NCBI GenBank assembly: GCA_031411295.1
Contig: JANOAV010000117.1
Location: 1 to 53,113, forward strand
DNA from: Verrucomicrobiales bacterium
Lineage (GTDB): Bacteria > Verrucomicrobiota > Verrucomicrobiia > Verrucomicrobiales > V1-33
Length of the DNA stretch: 53,113 nucleotides
Direction: 5' to 3'
The notes beneath the pieces are model-generated. The model made no database searches. It was not told the DNA's origin and was given only the letters and a program-made list of their open reading frames with translations. The position numbers were made by a program, and so were the translations under genes. Shown piece by piece: positions 1 through 8,802 of this stretch. Position 1 is the first letter of the stretch; each line of letters starts with the position of its first letter.

Positions 1-1824
1 ATGAGTCATCACGCCGCCGCGCATGGTGTCCTTCGGCAACGTCACCTTGCGCATTTCTGCGCCGGCGACGCCGGGGATTCCGTAGTGGCTGGCGAGCCGG
101 CTGTTGAGGAAGGTCCAGTCGGAATTCACGAAATTCAGCAGACTCAGATCGTTCTTCAGGACTTCGGTGAAGAAGAGCTGCGTCTCCTGGACCATCGCAT
201 CCTTAATCAGCGGATCGAACTCCGGATACATCTTCGGATCGGGAGTCGTCGCGTCGATCTCGCGCAGGTCGAGCCATTGATCGACGAAGTCGCGGACGAA
301 GAACTTCGATGCCGGCGCGTCGAGCAAGCGCCGCGCTTCCGCGACCCGGCCCTCCGGAGTTTGCAGTTTCCCTTTTGCAGCGGCGGCAACGAGCGCGTCG
401 TCCGGCATCGAGCCGGTGAGGAAATAGGACAGCCTGCTCGCGAGCGCGTAGTCGTTGAGCTTTCCCTTGGGCTCCTGGAGAAAGAGAAAATCCGGCGACG
501 ACAGCGCGGTCGTGTAGGCGAGAATCATCGCATCGTGAAAGGATGGCTTTTCGCTCGCGGCCATTTGGTCGGTCGCGATCTTCACGAACTTGGCGACCTC
601 CGCCGCGGTCACCGGACGGCGAAAGGCCTTCGGCAGAAAAGCGGTGAGCAATTTGTTCGCGTCCGCCGCCGGGTTCGTTGAATTGGCGGCGACGGATTTT
701 TGATCCCGGCCTTGCGGAGCCTTGTCGGCAAAGGAGCGCCCGCTGTTGCCTCGCTCCTTCAGCGGCAGATCCCCGAAGAGCACCGTCCGTCCGCGCGGCG
801 GCCACTCGTCGATGAATGGACCTTCCAGTTCCACCGACTGGACGAGCAGGCCCGGGCCGGTGTAGTCCGCCCAATCGCGACGGAAGGGAAGACGATACGG
901 AATATCGAGCAAAGGCTCGACGCTGATGCTGCCACCCGACATCCAGATTTCAAACTCCTGAACCACCGGCGCGCCGTCTTTGGATTCCAAGAACGCGAGC
1001 ACCGTTTCACCCGACACAATCTTCCCATACACGGTGGCACCGGGGCTCTGATACGCCGCGTGCGCCACCCGCAACTGATAGCGATACCGCCCGGCGGTGG
1101 AGGTCTTGAGATCTTTGTATTCGATTCCACCACGGAACGACACCACGCCGCCTTCCGGAAGAACCTTCAGATCCTTGCGCGGAAAGCCGTCCTTGCCGTT
1201 CTCCTTGCCCGTCAACTTGGCGACCCCGGTGAGCTTCTTCAGCTCCGGTTTCGCGAGGTCGTCCGGCCTCGGCATCGCGTTCAGCAGCGCATACTCGCCC
1301 ACCGCCATGTAGTTTTGGATCTGCTCGCCCGACATGGAAAGCGACGAGCCGACCCGGTCGAAACCAAATGTCCCGGTGGCGTCCCGCGGGAGCATCGAAC
1401 CGAGCTCCGCGCGAGTTCCGAGCAGATCGTTTACAGTGTTCTGGTATTGCGAGCGGTTCAGCCGGCGAAAGGTGCCGGTGTCACCGCCCCCCGTCCGGTC
1501 CGCGAGCGCCAGCGCCGCGCGACTGAGTTCCGCATTGACGTAAGCCACCAGCATTGCGGCGTCTTTCTCCGCGAGCGGCTTACCATCCTTTTTCGGAGGC
1601 ATCTCCTTCGTTTCTACCATTTCCGCCAGCTCCCGCCATTGCTCCGCCGACGCCGTGCTCGCGATCGGCCACTCCAGTTTATCCACCCGGAAATCGCCCT
1701 TCTGTTTCTCGGGCCCGTGGCACTTCAAACAGTTCTGCGAAAGAAACGGCTGTAACGGACCGGGCGCACCGAAGGCCGTTCCGGTGATGGCGAGGAGAGC
1801 GATGAGGCATTTCGTGGCGCGCAT
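1..1824 (-). CDS. DUF1592-family protein with N-terminal planctomycete cytochrome c domain (3' end beyond left window edge)
   Basis: Not in the ORF track; read manually. ATG at 1824 gives MRATKCLIALLAITGTAFGA (signal peptide), then CLKCH heme motif (1717-1731), EMPPKK and RRLNRSQYQNTVNDLLG (DUF1587-like). The same frame reads ...TMRGGVMTH (DUF1588-like start) at position 1. Confidence 0.88.
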   Translation of the reverse strand, partial: MRATKCLIALLAITGTAFGAPGPLQPFLSQNCLKCHGPEKQKGDFRVDKLEWPIASTASAEQWRELAEMVETKEMPPKKDGKPLAEKDAAMLVAYVNAELSRAALALADRTGGGDTGTFRRLNRSQYQNTVNDLLGTRAELGSMLPRDATGTFGFDRVGSSLSMSGEQIQNYMAVGEYALLNAMPRPDDLAKPELKKLTGVAKLTGKENGKDGFPRKDLKVLPEGGVVSFRGGIEYKDLKTSTAGRYRYQLRVAHAAYQSPGATVYGKIVSGETVLAFLESKDGAPVVQEFEIWMSGGSISVEPLLDIPYRLPFRRDWADYTGPGLLVQSVELEGPFIDEWPPRGRTVLFGDLPLKERGNSGRSFADKAPQGRDQKSVAANSTNPAADANKLLTAFLPKAFRRPVTAAEVAKFVKIATDQMAASEKPSFHDAMILAYTTALSSPDFLFLQEPKGKLNDYALASRLSYFLTGSMPDDALVAAAAKGKLQTPEGRVAEARRLLDAPASKFFVRDFVDQWLDLREIDATTPDPKMYPEFDPLIKDAMVQETQLFFTEVLKNDLSLLNFVNSDWTFLNSRLASHYGIPGVAGAEMRKVTLPKDTMRGGVMTH

Positions 1825-1827
1825 GGT

Positions 1828-3162
1828 TTATGGATTAGTTGAAGCCGCCGTCTGCGCCGACTCGATGGCGGCCTCGGCGATTTCCATTCCGGCTTTCGCG
1901 TCGTAGCAGACGATGTAAACAAGAGACACCTGTCCCCGGGTCGGCGGTTCCTGATAGCCAGGCATCTTCGCGACAAAGGCTGAGACCGGCACCGACACCG
2001 TGCGCCAGCCGTTCGCGTCCGCCTGCCCGGCGCTCGGTGGAACGACCCATTCGTAATTGCCGGCAAAGGGGCCCGCAGTTTCGTGGCGGCTCAGGAGCAC
2101 CGTCACCCGACCCGGTCGCTGCATCCGCAGTTTCACCGTGAGGACACTGTCGGGTTTCAGCGCAACGATGCGCCCCGCCGAACTGTCCTTCCGCGAGACC
2201 GCTTGCGTGATGACCTTCGTGCCGTCCTTCCGCGTGGCCGCGACATGCGGTGCAGTCGCCATGCGCGCTGGAACCGGGCCCTCCGCCGGAAGCCATAGGC
2301 CCTGCCACAAGTTCGAAGGCTTCGTGCGAAAATCTTCACGCCAACGAGTCGCTGTGACCGCACGCGATGAAGCCTGCATTTTTACCGCCGCATCGAGCGT
2401 CGCCACCGCCGACTGCGCAGTTGCCACCTCGACCGTCGCGCCATCCGCCAGACGCCGAAGCCGCACGCGTCCTGTGTCCACGGAGAGCGTCGATTGTTCC
2501 GCGACCGCCGATATCGAGAACTTCGTTCCAAGCACCTCCGCCTCCGCCGCAGGCGTGCGAATCACCATCGGACGTCCCGTCGGCTGCGGAGAAACATCGG
2601 CCGAGAACGCGCCACGCCGCAGTGTTAGTCGCTTCTGTCCATGGTCGGAAAAAGAAAGTTCCGCATCGCCCGTCAGCGTCAGCTCCGAGCCATCGCGAAA
2701 TTTGACCACCGCCGAAGAAGCGGTGCCCTCCACCGTGAGAGAACCCTCGCCTAACCGTGCACCAGCTTCCAGCGCCGGACGAGCCCGCCCGTCCTCACTG
2801 CTCCACGACACCGAGCCCGTCGCCCGCACCAATTCCACGATGTCCTCCTGCGACGCCACCCGCGGCCACAGCCACACCCCGCCGAGCAGCACCGCGAGGC
2901 ACGCCGCGAGCGCCAGCGCAGCCCGTCGCCACGAACTCTGCGCGACCGGCGCAGGCTCGCTCACCGCAGTCGCATCCCTGCCGAGAATCGCGTCCGCATC
3001 GCAAGCCAGCCGCGCATGCAGTTCGACACGCCACAAGTATTCATCGCGCGCCGCCGTGTCCGCCCGCAGCAGCGCATTCAATTCCTCCGCCTGCCGCTCC
3101 GATACGCTGCCGTCGCACACCGCCGCCACCGCTCCATCAAATTCTGGCGATGGAAAATTCAT
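1828..3162 (-). CDS. FecR-domain anti-sigma factor / transmembrane sensor with C-terminal putative carbohydrate-binding-like domain
   Basis: Start re-assigned to MNFPSPEFDG, whose ATG overlaps the sigma stop (ATGA). Single TM helix ALALAACLAVLLGGVWLW, FecR motifs FRDGSELTL, IRTPAAEAEVLGTKF, LSVDTGRVRL. Confidence 0.85.
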   Translation of the reverse strand: MNFPSPEFDGAVAAVCDGSVSERQAEELNALLRADTAARDEYLWRVELHARLACDADAILGRDATAVSEPAPVAQSSWRRAALALAACLAVLLGGVWLWPRVASQEDIVELVRATGSVSWSSEDGRARPALEAGARLGEGSLTVEGTASSAVVKFRDGSELTLTGDAELSFSDHGQKRLTLRRGAFSADVSPQPTGRPMVIRTPAAEAEVLGTKFSISAVAEQSTLSVDTGRVRLRRLADGATVEVATAQSAVATLDAAVKMQASSRAVTATRWREDFRTKPSNLWQGLWLPAEGPVPARMATAPHVAATRKDGTKVITQAVSRKDSSAGRIVALKPDSVLTVKLRMQRPGRVTVLLSRHETAGPFAGNYEWVVPPSAGQADANGWRTVSVPVSAFVAKMPGYQEPPTRGQVSLVYIVCYDAKAGMEIAEAAIESAQTAASTNP

Positions 3163-3698
3163 GCCTCCACCTCCTGCTCGGTCGTCGTCCGCACACATTC
3201 CAGCAACGCCTGCCGGATGCGCTGCAACATTTTGTAAACCGCCTCCACGCTTCGCCCGTGCGCTGCCGCGAGCGCCCCGATGCCCGTGCGATCGTAATAG
3301 TAGCCAGTCACCAACCGCCGCTGTTCCTCCGGCAATTTCTCCACGCACTTTTCCAAAGCCGCCAGCCGCCGTTCCATCTCCGGCCGCAGCGCCTCACGCC
3401 GCTGCGCCAACTCCTCCGCCAGCCCATGCTCCAGCAACCGCTGCCAGATGGCCCGCCGCTCCAGCCAGCGCCGCGTATGATGCTGCGCAAAGCGACAAGC
3501 CCAGGGCGTGAACGGCCGCGCCTCATCATACTCCGCGAACTTCTCCCACAACGCCGCCGCCGTCTGCTGCACAATATCCTCCGCATCCGCCAGACTCGGC
3601 ACCATCGCCAGCACCGTCCGCCGCACCTCCCGCTCACTGGTGAGAAAGAGGCGTAGAAAGCGGGGCTGGTCTTGGGGATCTGGTAATATCTGATTCAT
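3159..3698 (-). CDS. ECF RNA polymerase sigma-70 factor (FecR-coupled, PVC type)
   Basis: 179 aa from MNQILPDP. Region 2 DAEDIVQQT...F.PWACRFA; region 4 CVEKLPEEQRRLV...SVEAVYKMLQRIRQAL. Confidence 0.92.
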   Translation of the reverse strand: MNQILPDPQDQPRFLRLFLTSEREVRRTVLAMVPSLADAEDIVQQTAAALWEKFAEYDEARPFTPWACRFAQHHTRRWLERRAIWQRLLEHGLAEELAQRREALRPEMERRLAALEKCVEKLPEEQRRLVTGYYYDRTGIGALAAAHGRSVEAVYKMLQRIRQALLECVRTTTEQEVEA

Positions 3699-3708
3699 GA
3701 GTGTCTTA

Positions 3709-3754
3709 TAAATGCTTCCGTCGAACTCCCAATTTTGGACAAACAATGTTACTT
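3709..3754 (-). promoter_or_regulatory. Candidate ECF-type promoter upstream of the sigma-FecR unit
   Basis: Minus strand reads AAGTAAC-N5-TTGTCCAAA-N19-CATTTA, ending 10 nt before the sigma ATG. A similar motif occurs at 42172-42217. Confidence 0.35.
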
Positions 3755-3778
3755 TAGGCCGCCGCGTGCGCCAAAAGC

Positions 3779-5116
3779 CTACACCATCTCCAGTCCGCGC
3801 ATGGTTCCGGTTGAGGAAGCGAACTGGTCCGTCTCGATGCCCATGCGCTGGAGCATGGAAACGTAAAGATTGGGCAGCGGATAGTTGCGCTGTTTGTCGA
3901 ACGCGAGGTGCTGGCCGTGCTTGAAGCCGCCGCCGGCAAGGATGGTTGGCAGATTGAAGCAAGTATGCGCGTTGGCGTCTCCGAAGTTGGAACCATAGAG
4001 GACCATGGTGCGATCGAGCAACGTGGCGTCGCCCTCAGGCATGGCTTTCAAATCAGCGATCAGGTTGCCGAGCAACTTCATGTGCCAGCGGTCGATGATC
4101 TGAAGTTGGGCGCGCTTGGCTTCGGATTTTCCGTGATGGGAAAGGTTGTGATAGCCGTCGGTGATTTTCTCGCCCGGGATGTCCAGCACCGGGCTGCTCA
4201 CGCCTTCGAGCATGAGGGTAATGGCGCGCGTGGAATCGGTTTCGAAGGCGAGGCGCGCGAGGTCATACATGATTTTCACTTTCTCCATGTATTCCGCTGG
4301 GTCGTTAGGATCGACCGGCATGGGCGCTTTGACGACGGGCTTTGGTTTCTCTTCCCAGCCGCGCGAGGCCTGCAGGCGGCGTTCGAGGTCGCGCACACTC
4401 GTGAAATATTGCTCAAGTCGATCACGATCGTGCGCGGGCACGCTGCGCTGGAGTTCCTTCGCCTGACCGGACACGGTGTCGAGGATGCTGCGTCCGGTGT
4501 CGAGCTTCCGCATCTGTGCTGCGACTTGGGCCGGTGAGCCTTGGAAGAAGAGTTGCTTGAAGACTTCGGCTGCCTTGTCCTCCGGCGGGATGGCGACACC
4601 GATGCCCGTCCACGAAAGGCTGCGCGCCCGAGTGTTCACTGCGAGCGTGAGCGACGGAAATCGCGTGAGCACACCGATCTGCTCCGCAATATGTTGATCG
4701 AGGGAAATGGTATTGCGAAACGAACTGCTGCCGGGATGGGGCGCAGCAGTCAGGAAACATACATCCGCCGGATGCCCTCCATCCACGTTAGGGTGAGAGA
4801 CCCCGCTGAACACGCTGAAGTCATTGCGATGCGCTTTCAGCTCTTCCAGATAGGGCGAGAGCGTATAGTCACGACCGGTGCCTGTGGGGAAAAATTGATC
4901 CGTTAGCAGGCCGAGATTATTACAGATGGCGAACATGCGGCGGGGCTTGGCCGCCGGACCGCTGGTCACTTCTTTCGCAAACGCTGGTCGCATTGAATCC
5001 AGCAGTGGAAGTGATAGCGCGATCCCCGTGCCGCGCAGGAATTGGCGTCGCGAGATGGCCCGTTGCGTGGAGATGAAGCAGCCGACAGCGGGAGCAGTGG
5101 GAAGAAATGATTTCAT
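3779..5116 (-). CDS. DUF1552 (HXXSHH) family protein, probably Tat-exported
   Basis: Start chosen at MKSFLPT. Twin-arginine-like [65 protein letters not shown]. Confidence 0.9.
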   Translation of the reverse strand: MKSFLPTAPAVGCFISTQRAISRRQFLRGTGIALSLPLLDSMRPAFAKEVTSGPAAKPRRMFAICNNLGLLTDQFFPTGTGRDYTLSPYLEELKAHRNDFSVFSGVSHPNVDGGHPADVCFLTAAPHPGSSSFRNTISLDQHIAEQIGVLTRFPSLTLAVNTRARSLSWTGIGVAIPPEDKAAEVFKQLFFQGSPAQVAAQMRKLDTGRSILDTVSGQAKELQRSVPAHDRDRLEQYFTSVRDLERRLQASRGWEEKPKPVVKAPMPVDPNDPAEYMEKVKIMYDLARLAFETDSTRAITLMLEGVSSPVLDIPGEKITDGYHNLSHHGKSEAKRAQLQIIDRWHMKLLGNLIADLKAMPEGDATLLDRTMVLYGSNFGDANAHTCFNLPTILAGGGFKHGQHLAFDKQRNYPLPNLYVSMLQRMGIETDQFASSTGTMRGLEMV

Positions 5117-5138
5117 AAAGATGGAGCAGCGTAGGTCG

Positions 5139-7814
5139 CTATTTATTGAGGAAGAGGGGGCTCTGGATGAGTTCGTGAATGAGCGTGCGCAGGCCATAGT
5201 GGCTGACGCTGGCGCGCTGCAGGATGTTTTCAATTTCAGCGCGGTCGCCAAAACGCACCGGAGCACCGGTGGCATAAACTGTTAGTTGTCGCGCGAGATT
5301 ACGCGCCAACGACACCTCGTCTGCGCGCACGAGGCGTTTGAAATCACGGATATCCTTGAAGGGGCGACCGTCGGGAAGTTCGCCTGCGGAGTCCACCGGC
5401 AGGCCATAGTGAAACTCGAAGGCATGGCCATTCTTGCCAATGCCTTTCACTGCTGGTTTGTTGTCCGCCACTCCACGATACCGGTCGCGCCAAGCGCCCA
5501 TGACATCGAAACTCTCCAGCGCAAAACCAGGCGGGTCCATCTTGCGATGACAGGCAGCACAGCTCTCATTGTCGCGATGCTTTTCAAGCTGCTGGCGAAT
5601 CGTCACCGCGCCCCGGATGTCAGGCTCCACTGCGGCAACGGGTGGCGGTGGTGGAATTTCAAAACCAAGGATGCGCTCGAGGATCCATTTACCACGCAGC
5701 ACGGGCGAGGTCGTGGTGCCATTGGCTGTGACCTTGAGCACACTGGCCTGCGTCATCAGCCCGCCACGCGGACTGTCCGGTGGAAGGGCCACGCGACGCA
5801 TCGCGATGCCTTGCACGCCGGGGATTCCGTAGTGCAATGCGAGGCGCTCATTGAGGAAGGTGAAGTCGGAATCCACCACGCAGCGTGCTGGCAAGTCGCG
5901 TTGAATCATTTCGTGGAAATAGAGCTGCGTTTCCGCCAGCGCAGCCTCGGCCAGCGCGTCGTCGAGGTAGTAGTCGTTATAGAGCGTCGTTGATGGAGTG
6001 GAGGCTTCCATCTTCCGGAGGTCGAGCCAGTAATCGAGGAAGGCCTCTTGGAATCGGTGTGATTTCGCGTCGGCTAACAGGCGCTCGGTTTCCGCTCGCA
6101 AGACTGCGGGCTGATGCAGTTCACCGCGCTCAGCATGCGTCCGCAACGTTTTATCTGGGGTGGAGTTCCACAAGAAAAGTGCCAGACGCGTGGCGAGCGC
6201 GGGGTCATCGAGTTTGCCTGGCTTTTCATCGAGAAAGATAAATCCTGGCGAGGCCAGCACCGCAGTGTAACCAGCGAACATTGACTCTGCGAAACTAAGC
6301 CCAGCCGCGCGACGCTGCGCGACCAGTTGCAGGAAACGTTGCACATCATTTTCTGCCACCGGCCGACGATAGGCCCGAGCGAGGAACGTCCGCATGAGAC
6401 GATCCGCGTCTTTTCCAGGATCCTGTGACACAACATCAACACTGACTTCACTGAGCGGCTCGGCAGGCTCACCGCCCTTGGGACGAGAAGTTTTACTATC
6501 GACCAAGTTAATGAGGACACCCGGAGCCGAGCCTTCCACTTGTGTGAGCGGCAGATCGCCAAAGAGCAGCTTGTAGCCCGCGGTGGTGGTTTGATCATAG
6601 AGCGGGCCCTCCACTTCCATCCAGCGGAATGCCACCCCGGGCCCGCCTTCGGGCGTCATCAGCGGATTCTTCCATCCCGGTGGACGTGAACGGAAGAAGC
6701 GCGAAGGATCGGGCACCAGCGTTTCATTGGCGAGAAGCCAGGTCTCACCAAGATCGTGGACGGCGGGTTCCGGAGTAAGGTCAAAGCCACCAACCCGACG
6801 ATTCATGAGAGCATTGCGTGTATATACTGTGATCGGCTCCTGCGTGCGGCCAACCGTAATGGGTTCGCGCTTCTCGTCCGTTTTCTGTTCAGCCGTTTTC
6901 GAATTCTTGCCCGGCTCCACCCACACTGTGCTGCCGCTGAAGCGAATTCGATAGCGCCCGGCCACGGGAGCGCGGAAGCCATCCCACCGATAGCGAAATC
7001 CGGTCACATAGTTGCTCGCAATCCAGCCGACCGCCTCCTCCTCACGCAACACTGGATCAGCGTCGCCCACCGTTAGGGACTTCAGTTTCGCACCTGGTGG
7101 CTGCGCCTTCGTTCCCAACACAAGGAACGTGCTCCGATCACCTGGAGGCTTGCTCAGATCGGTTTGCAGCGTCTTGGTCGTGAGCGTGCGCTGGTCCCGG
7201 GCGTAGTAGCGTTTTGTGCTCGTCGGTGGTTGACTCCACTGCACACTCAACACCTCGCGCATCGCGTAATCCGCCGCACTTATATAACGCGCCATGTGAA
7301 CATGTGAGACATCCAGCGCGTCCCCGAGTTTGTTGAAGCGGGACGCCTCGCCATCGTCAGGAAATTGCCCCTTCACTTGCAGCCATGGAGCCGAAAGCAA
7401 ATCGCGCAGCGCGTTCTCATACTCGTAACCGTTGAGCCGCCGTTGCTTCGCGCGACCTTGCGCCGCGGTCCGCTTCTGCTCAGCCTCCAGCAACACCGGC
7501 TGCATCGTGCTCAGGAATTTCTCCAAGTCGGCCGCCGTCGGACGCGCCTTCTGCTTGGGCGGCATTTCGCCCGCACTCACGCGATCAAACACCTTCACCC
7601 AACTCGCAAAATTTCCCGCATTCTCCGGCTGAAACGACAGCGCCGTCAAATCGAGCCCACCCCTCTTCGTCTCCGCGTCGTGGCAGTCGGTGCAGTGCTG
7701 CTCGAAGAAAGCGCGCGCGGGGACGGTTGCAGCGGCCAATGGCGAATGGTGAAAAGCGGTTGCCGAAAGCAGCAGCAGCAAATTGGTGGAGCGATGGAAG
7801 ATGGAATCTCTCAT
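5139..7814 (-). CDS. DUF1592-family multi-domain protein (PSCyt1 + DUF1587/1595/1592/1588/1585) with two CxxCH heme motifs
   Basis: Signal peptide; [58 protein letters not shown]...[29 protein letters not shown]. Confidence 0.92.
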   Translation of the reverse strand: MRDSIFHRSTNLLLLLSATAFHHSPLAAATVPARAFFEQHCTDCHDAETKRGGLDLTALSFQPENAGNFASWVKVFDRVSAGEMPPKQKARPTAADLEKFLSTMQPVLLEAEQKRTAAQGRAKQRRLNGYEYENALRDLLSAPWLQVKGQFPDDGEASRFNKLGDALDVSHVHMARYISAADYAMREVLSVQWSQPPTSTKRYYARDQRTLTTKTLQTDLSKPPGDRSTFLVLGTKAQPPGAKLKSLTVGDADPVLREEEAVGWIASNYVTGFRYRWDGFRAPVAGRYRIRFSGSTVWVEPGKNSKTAEQKTDEKREPITVGRTQEPITVYTRNALMNRRVGGFDLTPEPAVHDLGETWLLANETLVPDPSRFFRSRPPGWKNPLMTPEGGPGVAFRWMEVEGPLYDQTTTAGYKLLFGDLPLTQVEGSAPGVLINLVDSKTSRPKGGEPAEPLSEVSVDVVSQDPGKDADRLMRTFLARAYRRPVAENDVQRFLQLVAQRRAAGLSFAESMFAGYTAVLASPGFIFLDEKPGKLDDPALATRLALFLWNSTPDKTLRTHAERGELHQPAVLRAETERLLADAKSHRFQEAFLDYWLDLRKMEASTPSTTLYNDYYLDDALAEAALAETQLYFHEMIQRDLPARCVVDSDFTFLNERLALHYGIPGVQGIAMRRVALPPDSPRGGLMTQASVLKVTANGTTTSPVLRGKWILERILGFEIPPPPPVAAVEPDIRGAVTIRQQLEKHRDNESCAACHRKMDPPGFALESFDVMGAWRDRYRGVADNKPAVKGIGKNGHAFEFHYGLPVDSAGELPDGRPFKDIRDFKRLVRADEVSLARNLARQLTVYATGAPVRFGDRAEIENILQRASVSHYGLRTLIHELIQSPLFLNK

Positions 7815-7821
7815 GGGTTCG

Positions 7822-8802
7822 CTAGCGAAGGACTGCGATATCGGCAGCGTTGTGAAGCTTTAGCATTTCCGCATCTGTTAACGCGCGGTTGAAGACGGCC
7901 AGGCCACCGATGCGGCCTTTCAGTGCTTCGCCCAGCATATTGCCCACGGCATAACGCGCACCGACGGTGAAGTCCGATGGCGCGATCTTGGTCTTGGCGT
8001 GTTGCGCGGGGTCGTAGCGGAAAATGCCACGTCCGTGGAAATACGGATTCATCCCGCGCGGACCGCCATCGGGGCCTTCGGTCGTGAAGTAGGGGTCGGT
8101 GCGTTTATCCTTTACTGCGTCCAGCGGGCGCTCCTCCATGACTCCGTTGAAATAGGCCCGAATCCACTGTCCGTCGTAGGTGAAGCCGAGCGTCACCCAT
8201 TGGCGCTCCGGCACTTCCGAGCGGCTCGCGGCGTAGTCCGCACACCAAGGAAGCCCGGTGCCGTCCGCCCGGCGCGTGAAACCGCCCTCGCTGGAAATGT
8301 GAGGGGTAAGCTGGCGCTTGCCGCCGTAGGTCGGCATGTTCAAGAGCATCGCATACTGGCGCGTGCCAGTGTCATCGTTGGCTCCTTTGCCTTCGCTCCA
8401 CACGCCTGCAATGGTGGTTCCGCGGCTCATGTCGTCCATGCAGACGACAGCGAACATGCTCACGCGGGCGTCTTTGCCACCGATATTCAGATCACCCAGG
8501 TCGCTGTGCGCGATGTGAAAATATTGTTTCCCGCGAAAGTAAGCCGAGTGCCCGGAGAATGGTCCTCCGACAGCGCGTTCCACCGGCCCGCCGACTTCAA
8601 GCAGTGCGTGCTGCTGTGGCGTCACCGTCGAAACGCGCGGCTTACCTGCTTCCTCGCCAAAGGTCCAGAACGCAACCACGCCTGGCATTTTTTCGACGAC
8701 CGTGGCATCACCTCCGTTGGCTGTTAGGGTTGATACTGCGAATAGAGCAATTGCGGTGATAATACGATTAGTCATGGGGGGCATGGGAAGACTCGAATTC
8801 AT
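7822..8802 (-). CDS. Secreted LamG-like jellyroll (concanavalin A-like lectin) protein
   Basis: Signal peptide; VVAFWTFGE; QWVTLGFTYDGQWIRAYFNG; LKGRIGGLAVFNRALTDAEM. Start may be a downstream Met (MTNRII). Confidence 0.75.
   Translation of the reverse strand: MNSSLPMPPMTNRIITAIALFAVSTLTANGGDATVVEKMPGVVAFWTFGEEAGKPRVSTVTPQQHALLEVGGPVERAVGGPFSGHSAYFRGKQYFHIAHSDLGDLNIGGKDARVSMFAVVCMDDMSRGTTIAGVWSEGKGANDDTGTRQYAMLLNMPTYGGKRQLTPHISSEGGFTRRADGTGLPWCADYAASRSEVPERQWVTLGFTYDGQWIRAYFNGVMEERPLDAVKDKRTDPYFTTEGPDGGPRGMNPYFHGRGIFRYDPAQHAKTKIAPSDFTVGARYAVGNMLGEALKGRIGGLAVFNRALTDAEMLKLHNAADIAVLR

Noticed and set aside
1..3656. Long plus-strand ORFs (1-681, 700-1755, 2057-3511, 2757-3656)
   Set aside because: Antisense shadows of well-supported minus-strand genes in GC-rich DNA; no recognisable motifs.
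1..3700. Apparently higher GC at the left end as a sign of horizontal transfer or chimeric assembly
   Set aside because: Not quantified, no mobility genes or att sites at the boundary, and amino-acid composition of the giant genes could explain the contrast.
3159..5275. ORF-track starts at 3348, 3962 and 5275 (also 11458, 16006, 30689, 42192)
   Set aside because: These extensions overlap neighbouring genes or precede a clear signal peptide; downstream ATGs fit better.
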